DNA of 27,209 nt from an archaeon (lineage in GTDB: Archaea > Iainarchaeota > Iainarchaeia > Iainarchaeales > CSSED10-239), in assembly GCA_035387745.1 (NCBI GenBank), contig DAOOON010000007.1, forward strand, positions 8,526 through 35,734, in the 5' to 3' direction. Position numbers and translations under genes: made by a program. Positions 15,697 to 23,105 of this stretch are shown one piece after another; the stretch's first letter is position 1; each line of letters begins with the position of its first letter. The notes under the pieces were generated by a model, which was not told where the DNA came from, made no database searches, and saw only the letters and a list, made by a program, of their open reading frames with translations.

Positions 15697-16980
15697 TTGG
15701 TCAAAGAAACAACAAAAAAAGCTAAACCCGAAGAAGTAGTAATAGTTGAGCAGAAAGTGCAGCCAGCACAAGAGCACATACTTATACTTACAGTCGATAG
15801 AGATAACGACATTGGCAGGAAAATTGGTGTTTCTGGGCCAATTGTTGGTTATGAAAGTAATTTAAAGATGGCAACTGACTTGTTACTTAAAGATCCAGAA
15901 GAATCAGATGCAAATGCAGTTTTTGCAATTTTAAAAAAATATTCTGAATTAAAAAAAGATTATGTTGTTGAAGTTGCAACAATTACTGGACACTCAAAAG
16001 AGAATTTGTTCTTTGCTGATAAAAATATCGCTTTACAACTAAAGCAAGTTCTAGAAGATTTCCCAGCAAGCGCTTTTGTTCTAATAACTGACGGTGCAGA
16101 AGACGATCAAGTAGTACCAATAGTTCAAAACTTTGGGCCAATAATTTCTAAAGAAGTTGTTATTGTTAGACAATCTCAAGCAATAGAAAGTATGTATTAT
16201 ACAATTAAGAAAGCAATAAAAGATCCCGCATTTTCAAGAATCATATTTGGAATTCCTGCAATTGTTTTGTTATTGTTTTTCTTTTTCAAGTCTTATGCTT
16301 TTCAAATTATCGCCCTGGTACTAGGCGTATTTTTCTTAATTAAGGGTTTCCATTTAGAATCAAAGATTTCTAATTTCTTTAATTCAATATTTTCTAAGTT
16401 TTCAATTACAAAAATTAGCTTTCCGTTTTATGTGGCCAGCGTTTTTTTCTTGATTTATGCAGGAATAACTGGCGTTAATCTTTTTTTAGCAAACGATTCC
16501 TTTATACTTTGGCAAAGAATAATTTATGTTTTAAGAGCGATACTTTTGTATTTGGTATTTTGTATTGGGTCTTATGTTGTCGGTAATATTGTAGATTTGT
16601 TTTATACGCGCGCGCTATATAAGCTAGGTCACGCAATTTTTGCAATTATTTCTACATTTGTGTTTTTGGGATTATTAGATTTGTCTTTGCAGTTTGTTCT
16701 TGGAGAAACAAGCATGCGTATGTTAATTACTGTTATTTTGATTTCATCGGTATTCTTATTTATATTATACAAAATTACTAGCGTGTTTGATATAACAAAA
16801 GACATCACTGAATTATTGGTTGGCCTTCCAGTGATATCCAAATACGGGGTGTGGCTTGGAGAAGTTATAGCAGTAGATAAGACAAAGCAAACAATAAGTT
16901 TTAAAAGCAGAAACGGCAAAGTAATAACTGTGCTCTCAAAGAAGCACTTTTTCATACAAAACGGGCAAGTGATAATCTAA
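15697..16980 (+). CDS. integral membrane protein, DUF373-like (archaeal)
   Basis: TTG start preceded by AGAGG. The soluble N-terminal domain begins ILILTVDRDNDIGRK, as I recall for DUF373. It is followed by about 6-7 TM helices and a short C-terminal beta domain. Confidence 0.55.
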   Translation: MVKETTKKAKPEEVVIVEQKVQPAQEHILILTVDRDNDIGRKIGVSGPIVGYESNLKMATDLLLKDPEESDANAVFAILKKYSELKKDYVVEVATITGHSKENLFFADKNIALQLKQVLEDFPASAFVLITDGAEDDQVVPIVQNFGPIISKEVVIVRQSQAIESMYYTIKKAIKDPAFSRIIFGIPAIVLLLFFFFKSYAFQIIALVLGVFFLIKGFHLESKISNFFNSIFSKFSITKISFPFYVASVFFLIYAGITGVNLFLANDSFILWQRIIYVLRAILLYLVFCIGSYVVGNIVDLFYTRALYKLGHAIFAIISTFVFLGLLDLSLQFVLGETSMRMLITVILISSVFLFILYKITSVFDITKDITELLVGLPVISKYGVWLGEVIAVDKTKQTISFKSRNGKVITVLSKKHFFIQNGQVII

Positions 16981-17034
16981 ACCGGTTTGTTTTCCAAACT
17001 TTTTTAAAGGTTTTTGCGCGCCAATATAAATAGA

Positions 17035-17086
17035 AACATATATATATTAATCGTCTAACAATATAAATTGAAATATATAATATTTT
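17035..17086 (+). promoter_or_regulatory. TATA-like boxes upstream of the PRC-barrel gene
   Basis: aacatatatatattaa (17035..17050) is nearly identical to the box at 13905. A second box, aaatatataatatttt, lies near 17071..17086. SD GAGAGGT before the ATG at 17120. Confidence 0.4.
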
Positions 17087-17119
17087 AAAAAAATAATAAT
17101 AAAAGAGAGGTTATAAAAC

Positions 17120-17398
17120 ATGTACAAATACGCAATAGCAAGACAGCTTGCAACAAAGAAATTAATAACAAACAGAGGAGACAATATTGGAAGACTTGTA
17201 GATTTAATGGTTAACGAAGTATCTGGAGAGATAGAGGCTTTATTAGTTGAAATAGATCCTTCATCAAAAGTAGTTAAGCAATTAGATGTTCAAGGAAATC
17301 TTTTAGAAATTCCATACAGAAGTGTAATTGCCGTTTCTGATGTTTTCGTAATTGATGAAAAGACGCTATTAACAAAAGACGAAGGAACTTTTAATTAA
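17120..17398 (+). CDS. PRC-barrel domain protein
   Basis: A 92-aa single-domain protein. LITNRGDNIGRLVDLMVNEVSGEIEALLVE and IPYRSVIAVSDVFVI fit the PRC beta-barrel pattern. Confidence 0.7.
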   Translation: MYKYAIARQLATKKLITNRGDNIGRLVDLMVNEVSGEIEALLVEIDPSSKVVKQLDVQGNLLEIPYRSVIAVSDVFVIDEKTLLTKDEGTFN

Positions 17399-17425
17399 AG
17401 TTCTTTATTTTTTCTATTTTTTTAA
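17399..17425 (+). terminator. oligo-T tract after the PRC-barrel gene
   Basis: ttctttattttttctatttttttaatt contains T6 and T7 runs, the usual archaeal intrinsic termination signal. Confidence 0.35.
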
Positions 17426-17461
17426 TTGTTAAAAAAGAACCTTAACTTCTGTGGTTTTAAT

Positions 17462-18028
17462 ATGTTTGCGGATTTAAAGAACAAGAAAGCAATTTCTCCA
17501 ATTATTACAACCATTCTTTTAGTTGTAGTTGGTGTTATTCTTATTACTGTTGTTCTTAATTTTGGAAAAAACTTTACAACTAAATCATTAGACCAGACAA
17601 CTAACTTTGGCAGCCTTAAGGTTTCAGATGCAACAAATTTCGTTTATCCAAAATATGCAAAAGACGGGGTATTACAAATAAATTACGCTCCGCCAGTAAA
17701 ATTAGAAAATGAAAGTATTACAATTACACAATATCAATTATTAGATGTTCTAGATTCTGAAGTCGTGACTTTACAAACACCAGTAACTTTAAACAACAAC
17801 AGTCTTAGTACAATTCAACTTGATTGTCTTTACGAATATGCATTAAGTAAGCCAGATTTTACTATTCAGTTAATTACTGCTCAAAATACTTATATTGAAG
17901 TAAAATTAAGAGATCCAAATATGGTTTGTTCTCCTGGGGGAACAGGCACAATTGAAGACCCAATAATTGTTTGTAATGCTGAAGACCTTAATGCCATGCG
18001 TCTTGACTTGATGCAAATTACGCTTTAG
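17462..18028 (+). CDS. N-terminal fragment of adhesin: archaeal class III (type IV pilin-like) signal peptide plus beta-rich domain
   Basis: MFADLKNKKAISPIITTILLVVVGVILITVVL matches the archaeal pilin N-terminal pattern (K-K-A / I-S-P-I-I, hydrophobic helix). The frame ends at TAG 18026..18028 only because of the frameshift at 18002..18011. The track start at 17426 is a less likely upstream ATG. Confidence 0.75.
   Translation: MFADLKNKKAISPIITTILLVVVGVILITVVLNFGKNFTTKSLDQTTNFGSLKVSDATNFVYPKYAKDGVLQINYAPPVKLENESITITQYQLLDVLDSEVVTLQTPVTLNNNSLSTIQLDCLYEYALSKPDFTIQLITAQNTYIEVKLRDPNMVCSPGGTGTIEDPIIVCNAEDLNAMRLDLMQITL
18002..18011 (+). repeat. perfect 5-bp tandem duplication CTTGA-CTTGA causing the frameshift in the adhesin gene
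   Basis: Read directly: tCTTGACTTGAtg. Removing one copy joins frame 2 to frame 1 and gives ...NAEDLNAMRLDANYALGKDIDL... Confidence 0.9.
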
Positions 18029-18042
18029 GGAAAGATATTGAC

Positions 18043-18999
18043 TTGCGCTGCTTTTCAAGGCAGAGAGCAGATGGGTGGCTTCCAATAGGCGACTATGAAG
18101 ATTTATTTTCTGGCTCATTTAATGGCAATAACCACAAAATTAGTAATTTATATATTTCTGATTCTGATGGAGTTGATTTGGGTTTGTTTGGATATTTTGA
18201 TGCCGGAGAAATAAGTAATCTCGGTTTAGAAGATTTAAATATTTCTGGCAAACTTTATTTAGGAGGTCTTGTTGGAGAAATGGATTCTGGAGAAATTACA
18301 AATTGTTATACTACAGGGAATATTTATGAATTATCTGGGGGAGGACGTATTGGTGGAATAGTTGGGGGTAATTGGGGAGGATACATCACTAATAGTTATT
18401 CTGAAACCAACATATATGCCGGATCAGGCGATTTTTATTATGGTGGTTTAATTGGGAATAATAACGGAGATGTAGAAAATTGTTATGCCACCGGCTTTGT
18501 CTCTGGCAGATCATATGTAGGAGGCCTTATTGGAGCTAATTTTGGGGGAAGCATAACTAATAGCTACGCTACAGGAGACGTAAATGTTTTAAACACATAT
18601 GCGGATGCTGGAGGGGGTTTTATTGGAGATAATGAAGGCACGATAAGCAACAGCTATTCTTTTGGGGACGTCACTCGTGTTACTGGTTCAAATACCACAT
18701 TTGGAGGTTTTACAGGGTATAATGGGGGAACAATTACAAAAAGCTATTCAACAGGCAGAGTCATATATGCAGGAACAACAAACCCAACAAATAGAGGCTT
18801 TTCATTCGACTCCGTTTCAAATAATAATTTCTGGGATACACAGACTTCTTTACAAGCCACAAGTGGTGGCGGCGCTCTTGGTAAAACAACCGCAGAGATG
18901 AAAACTCCAAGCACATATACTGATTGGGATTTTATAACTGTTTGGGCAATTCATCCAAGCAAGAATAACGGTTATCCGTATCTTCGCTGGCAAAACTAA
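18043..18999 (+). CDS. C-terminal fragment of adhesin: GLUG-motif repeat domain protein
   Basis: Repeats of GGLVGE / GGIVGG / GGLIGN / GGLIGA / GGFIGD / GGFTGY alternate with ITN(C/S)Y.TG. The ending is the typical FWDTQTS...GKTTAEMK...WDF..VW......NGYPYL. The homologous frame is already open from 18007 (LDANYALGKDIDL), and the TTG at 18043 is probably not a real start. Confidence 0.8.
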   Translation: MRCFSRQRADGWLPIGDYEDLFSGSFNGNNHKISNLYISDSDGVDLGLFGYFDAGEISNLGLEDLNISGKLYLGGLVGEMDSGEITNCYTTGNIYELSGGGRIGGIVGGNWGGYITNSYSETNIYAGSGDFYYGGLIGNNNGDVENCYATGFVSGRSYVGGLIGANFGGSITNSYATGDVNVLNTYADAGGGFIGDNEGTISNSYSFGDVTRVTGSNTTFGGFTGYNGGTITKSYSTGRVIYAGTTNPTNRGFSFDSVSNNNFWDTQTSLQATSGGGALGKTTAEMKTPSTYTDWDFITVWAIHPSKNNGYPYLRWQN

Positions 19000-19011
19000 A
19001 TTGATTTTATT

Positions 19012-20106
19012 TTATTCTTTTATCTCTAAAACATAGCTTCTTTCCTTAGTGTCTATGCTTTTGATGGAAAGTTCTTTTTGATTCTTAGAGAAGTAGTCAT
19101 TTAATTTCTTTATAATTTCTTCTGGCGCGATTTTCTTTTCTCGCGCAAGTCTAATCTGTTCGTTTACTTTCTCAATTATCTGAAAGTATTCATAGATCTT
19201 CTCGCCTTCAATTTGAAGATTAGAAGCAATCTTTTCATATTCTTTTCTTGTCTTTATCTGGCTGTCAAGAATTGATGTTTGTTTGTTTTTGCTTTTCTTT
19301 TCTATCTTTGTTTCTTCGGTTTTAAGTTTTTCTGCAAAGTATTCAGAGATGATTTTAAAAAAACCAAACGAATTTTGTTTTTCTTTTCCTTCTGCAACTA
19401 AAACCAGAGACTCGTCTTCGTTCTTTCCTTTTTCAAGAGCAAGAGATGGGCGCCTTAAATCATAAAGCTCTTTTGTTTTTTCAACAATCTCTTTTTGTGT
19501 TTTTTCTTGGTTTATATAACCTGAATAAATATTATATTCTTTTACAAAATAGCTAATGGTTGCTTTTAAGTTTTTATCTTTTATGTCTTCAAGTAGTTCT
19601 TTTTGTGTTTTTTCTGTAATTTCTTTTCCTTGAGGAAAAGAGTATTTCTCGTTTTTCTTAATAATTCTGTCTTTCCATTCTTCTTTTTGTTTTGAAGTTA
19701 TAATCTTTAATTCTAAATCCGTAAGTATAATATTAGAATTACTAAAGAACTCAAAGATAAGATAATAGTCATCAAGCTTAAAATAAACAACTCTGTTATT
19801 TTTGTCTTGCTTAATTTCTTGTATCTTTTGATTATAGAGTTTCTTCTTTAGAAATTTGATAAGCCCTCCGCTTTCTGGATTAACCGGGTAAGCAAGTTCT
19901 GTTAAAAATAAAATGTTGGGAGATACAATCAGTTCTTTTGTTTTAGTTTTATGTATTTTTATCTTAATTAAATTATTGTCTTCATGATTAACAAGTTGAA
20001 GATTATTAATGTAGCCACCAACTACCTCTGCTTGCAATTCTTTTACTATATAAAAAAAAGCAGTGCTTGTTACTTCTAGTTTTTTCATATCTTTCTTATT
20101 CTGCAT
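19012..20106 (-). CDS. NFACT-N domain protein (Rqc2/RqcH/FbpA-like), truncated: no NFACT-R/DUF814 part
   Basis: N-terminal pattern FFYIVKELQAEVVGGYINNLQ...LFLTE...P..P..LIKFLKKKLYNQKIQEIKQDKNNRVVYFKL.DYYLIFEFFSNSNIILTD fits NFACT-N. It is followed by a coiled-coil hairpin-like region, and the ORF ends at 364 aa. An alternative start at 20088 (MKKLEV) is possible. Confidence 0.65.
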   Translation of the reverse strand: MQNKKDMKKLEVTSTAFFYIVKELQAEVVGGYINNLQLVNHEDNNLIKIKIHKTKTKELIVSPNILFLTELAYPVNPESGGLIKFLKKKLYNQKIQEIKQDKNNRVVYFKLDDYYLIFEFFSNSNIILTDLELKIITSKQKEEWKDRIIKKNEKYSFPQGKEITEKTQKELLEDIKDKNLKATISYFVKEYNIYSGYINQEKTQKEIVEKTKELYDLRRPSLALEKGKNEDESLVLVAEGKEKQNSFGFFKIISEYFAEKLKTEETKIEKKSKNKQTSILDSQIKTRKEYEKIASNLQIEGEKIYEYFQIIEKVNEQIRLAREKKIAPEEIIKKLNDYFSKNQKELSIKSIDTKERSYVLEIKE

Positions 20107-21154
20107 CTATGTAGTTATTTTGATTATAGCGATATATGATTTTTTTTATCCTTAATCCATTAAATTTATAATCCTCTAATAATTTCTTTTCATCAGTATT
20201 TGTAAACATCTCAAATGGCCCTTTCTGTGTTAAATCAAAAATATAAAATTGATTTTTATATCTCGTCTTAACAAACGCGTGCGTCTTGTCATCTTCTAAA
20301 AGTATGACGTAAACCATCGCTTCTTGATCATTTAGTCCTTGCATAATTGAACAAAGAAATGCAGAAATGTCTTGTTCATCAGCAAGCTTGTTTTTCAAAA
20401 TGCAAGTTGCATCAAGCCAATAAAGTATCTTTATGTCGGTTTTAACAACTTCAATTTCTGTTTTTAAAAACGAATAGATTTTTCTAAGTGTTTCTATATA
20501 ATCTTTATTATATTCATAGCCAATAGGCTTGTGTTTTAATATTACACTTTTTATTGTTAAATCATTAGGATTAACTGTTGCTTTTATTTGAGAAATGGTT
20601 TTTCGTTCTTGCTCATTTATCAATTCTTTATATTTATCTAAAATTTGTTCATAATATTTATTTTGAAGATTGTCCTTAATAGACGTTGAAAGATTTTTTG
20701 TCCCTGAAAGGTTTTTAATAAAGTCCTCTAGTTCTTTTATTCTGTTTTTTAGATTGTCTCTTTCTAGTTTAGTTTCGTTAAGCTCTCCTTTAAGTTTTAT
20801 GTTTTGAAATCTTAGGTCGCTTCCAGTGTCTTGCGTTTTCTGTAATTCTGTCAATTTAGAAACTTCGCCATTTATTTCGTTATCAATTTTTGCGAGTTCT
20901 GTTGTTATATTTTTTAAATTATTAGAATACACATCGTCGCTAATGCTTTTTGCGCTATATTTATAAGACAACTCTTCTTTCCTTTTTAGTAACTCTTTTT
21001 TTTGAGTATTTAATGCTTCTATTCTTTGCCAAGAATTTTGTTCTTTAGTTACAGGAACCGTAATTTTTTTTCTAAAATTAATAAAAGTGAAAGCCACACC
21101 AAAAACTATAGCAATGCAGGTGATCATTATCATTTGAATTAATTCAACATCCAT
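20096..21154 (-). CDS. N-terminal TM, long coiled coil, C-terminal globular domain (tentatively transglutaminase/papain-like fold) protein
   Basis: TM helix MIMITCIAIVFGVAFTFINF, then about 150 aa of heptad-like sequence. The C-terminal alpha/beta domain has THAFVKT...YIFDLT, reminiscent of the His...Asp part of transglutaminase-like domains. The Cys position is uncertain. Its stop overlaps the NFACT gene start by 11 nt. Confidence 0.5.
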   Translation of the reverse strand: MDVELIQMIMITCIAIVFGVAFTFINFRKKITVPVTKEQNSWQRIEALNTQKKELLKRKEELSYKYSAKSISDDVYSNNLKNITTELAKIDNEINGEVSKLTELQKTQDTGSDLRFQNIKLKGELNETKLERDNLKNRIKELEDFIKNLSGTKNLSTSIKDNLQNKYYEQILDKYKELINEQERKTISQIKATVNPNDLTIKSVILKHKPIGYEYNKDYIETLRKIYSFLKTEIEVVKTDIKILYWLDATCILKNKLADEQDISAFLCSIMQGLNDQEAMVYVILLEDDKTHAFVKTRYKNQFYIFDLTQKGPFEMFTNTDEKKLLEDYKFNGLRIKKIIYRYNQNNYIDAE

Positions 21155-21176
21155 TTTTATGCTCTTCTTTTATTGC

Positions 21177-21220
21177 TAATATATATTATATTAGAGGCGA
21201 TTTACTTTATATATATTATG
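21177..21220 (-). promoter_or_regulatory. TATA-like boxes upstream of the TM-coiled-coil/NFACT operon
   Basis: taatatatattatatta (21177..21193) and ctttatatatattatg (21205..21220) lie 23-66 nt upstream of the ATG at 21154 in minus sense. Confidence 0.4.
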
Positions 21221-21297
21221 ATTTTTACGATATTCGAATAAAAATATAAAATAAAGTTTGGATTATCACAGATTATCCATTTATAAAGTTTTACCTT

Positions 21298-21315
21298 CTA
21301 TATTATATATAATTA
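21298..21315 (+). promoter_or_regulatory. TATA-like box upstream of EF-1alpha
   Basis: ctatattatatataatta lies about 100 nt upstream of the ATG, implying a long 5' UTR. Confidence 0.3.
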
Positions 21316-21397
21316 GATAAAAATCCATTGCATACAAAGACCTTTAAGGTGCAATAGATTTTGATTATAATTTTTTAAGAAATCTGTAAAAAAAGAT

Positions 21398-21404
21398 AAG
21401 GAGG
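21398..21404 (+). promoter_or_regulatory. Shine-Dalgarno site AAGGAGG for EF-1alpha
   Basis: A perfect AAGGAGG lies 8 nt upstream of ATG 21413. Confidence 0.7.
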
Positions 21405-21412
21405 AATAATAC

Positions 21413-22669
21413 ATGGCATCACCAAAACCAAAAATTAATGTTGTTTTTATTGGTCACATTGATCACGGAAAATCAACAACAGTCGGTCGTTTGATGTACG
21501 ACACAAAAAACTTAAGTGAACAGGATTATAGAAAGTTACAGGCAATGGCAGAAGAGAAAGGAAAAGGAACATTTGCTTTTGCATACATGATGGATATAAC
21601 AAAAGAAGAAAGAGAAAGAGGTATTACAATTGATGTAAACTATAAGAAATTAGAATCAGATAAATATAGTTTTACAGTAATTGATGCTCCTGGCCACCAA
21701 GACTATGTTAAAAATATGATTACAGGAACTGCTCAATCAGATGCTGCTGTTTTAGTTGTTGCTTCAAAAGACGGAGTAATGTCTCAAACTAAAGAACACG
21801 CATTTCTTGCGCAAGTTATGGGTATTAAACAAGTAATTGTTGCAGTAAACAAGATGGACGATGTTAACTACGGCGAAGAGGGCTTTAATAAAGTTAAAGC
21901 AGATATACAGGCACTTTTCAAAGGCAAGTTTAAAGATGATCAATACGTAGTTATACCAATTTCTGCGTGGAACGGCGAAAACATTACAAAGGCTTCAGAC
22001 AAGATGCCTTGGTTTAAAGGACCAAGCCTATTTGAAGCAATGAATAATTTCAAGGCTCCAGAAGTATTAACAGGAAAGCCATTAAGACTACCAATACAAG
22101 ATGTTTATTCAATTAAAGGTGTTGGTATGGTTCCAGTTGGTAGAGTCGAGACAGGAATACTTAGACCAAATGACAAAGTCATAATAATGCCAGAAGGAAT
22201 CGCAACACAAATAAAGAGTGTTGAAGCACACCACGAACAATTACCTGAAGCACTACCTGGAGACAATATTGGTTTCAATATAAAAAATGTTGATAAAGGC
22301 GCAATTAAGAGAGGTTCTGTTGTTGGACCAGAGAATAGCCCACCAACAGTAGCAGAAGAATTTACTGCTCAAATAATTGTGTTAAATCACCCTACCGCAA
22401 TAACTGCAGGGTATACTCCTGTATTTCACATACACACCGCACAAATGTCTTGTGCAATTGTTGAGTTAATAAAGAAAGTAGCTCCAACAGTTGAAGACGC
22501 TCCAAAGTTCTTAAAGACGGGAGACGCGGCAGTTGTAAGAATCAAGCCATTACAACCACTTGCATGTGAAACATATAAAGACTTCCCACAACTTGGTAGA
22601 TTTGCTATCAGAGACATGGGTAAGACCGTAGCAGCAGGTGTTATACAGGAGATAAAGAAGAGAGCATAA
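21413..22669 (+). CDS. tuf: translation elongation factor EF-1alpha (aEF-1A)
   Basis: GHIDHGKST, DAPGH, NKMD and SAW GTPase motifs. The overall archaeal/eukaryotic EF-1alpha sequence pattern holds throughout the 418 aa. Confidence 0.97.
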   Translation: MASPKPKINVVFIGHIDHGKSTTVGRLMYDTKNLSEQDYRKLQAMAEEKGKGTFAFAYMMDITKEERERGITIDVNYKKLESDKYSFTVIDAPGHQDYVKNMITGTAQSDAAVLVVASKDGVMSQTKEHAFLAQVMGIKQVIVAVNKMDDVNYGEEGFNKVKADIQALFKGKFKDDQYVVIPISAWNGENITKASDKMPWFKGPSLFEAMNNFKAPEVLTGKPLRLPIQDVYSIKGVGMVPVGRVETGILRPNDKVIIMPEGIATQIKSVEAHHEQLPEALPGDNIGFNIKNVDKGAIKRGSVVGPENSPPTVAEEFTAQIIVLNHPTAITAGYTPVFHIHTAQMSCAIVELIKKVAPTVEDAPKFLKTGDAAVVRIKPLQPLACETYKDFPQLGRFAIRDMGKTVAAGVIQEIKKRA

Positions 22670-22697
22670 TTTTGCTTTTTTTCTTTAATTTTTTTTT
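22670..22697 (+). terminator. T-rich tract between EF-1alpha and S10 (partial terminator/attenuator at most)
   Basis: ttttgctttttttctttaattttttttt has T7 and T9 runs. S10 follows 43 nt after the tuf stop, so read-through is expected. Confidence 0.25.
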
Positions 22698-22712
22698 AAA
22701 AGTGATAAAAAC

Positions 22713-23021
22713 ATGCAAACAGCAAGAGTAATTGTTACAGGAACTGATTACAAGAAAGTTACAGAATTTTGCAAGGAAATTATAGATGTGGCTTCAAAGA
22801 GTGGAGTTAAGCACACAGGAATTATCCCTTTGAAGACAAAAAAATTGGTTGTGCCAGTAAGAAGAGGAGTTTCTGCTGGTGGAACTGAGACTTATGAGAA
22901 ATATCAGTTACGAATCCATAAGAGAATAATTGATATTAAAGCAGACGACAAGATTCTTAGAAGAATAATGAGAGTCGATGTTCCTGCGGATCTACAAATT
23001 GGAATAGAACTTAAAAACTAA
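22713..23021 (+). CDS. rps10: 30S ribosomal protein S10 (uS10)
   Basis: ARVIVTG.D...V..FC..I.......GV...G.IPLKTKKL.V...R......G.ETYEKYQLRIHKRIIDI is the classic archaeal S10 pattern. The EF-1alpha-S10 linkage is conserved in archaea. Confidence 0.95.
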   Translation: MQTARVIVTGTDYKKVTEFCKEIIDVASKSGVKHTGIIPLKTKKLVVPVRRGVSAGGTETYEKYQLRIHKRIIDIKADDKILRRIMRVDVPADLQIGIELKN

Positions 23022-23105
23022 ATCCATTTTGTTAGCATCATAATTTAGTAAACTTGCAAATCTATTTATCTTTAGTTTTTAAAAAAATTAAAAATTTGCA
23101 ATAAA

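Noticed and set aside
17996-18015. Programmed -1 ribosomal frameshift joining the pilin-signal and GLUG ORFs
   Set aside because: There is no X-XXY-YYZ slippery heptamer and no obvious downstream structure. The perfect CTTGA-CTTGA duplication is a simpler explanation, and its removal restores the frame exactly.
18662-18901. 79-aa same-strand alternative-frame ORF inside the GLUG gene
   Set aside because: It is Q/E-rich low-complexity sequence, produced by reading the G-rich GLUG repeats out of frame. The GLUG frame has clear repeat and C-terminal motifs.
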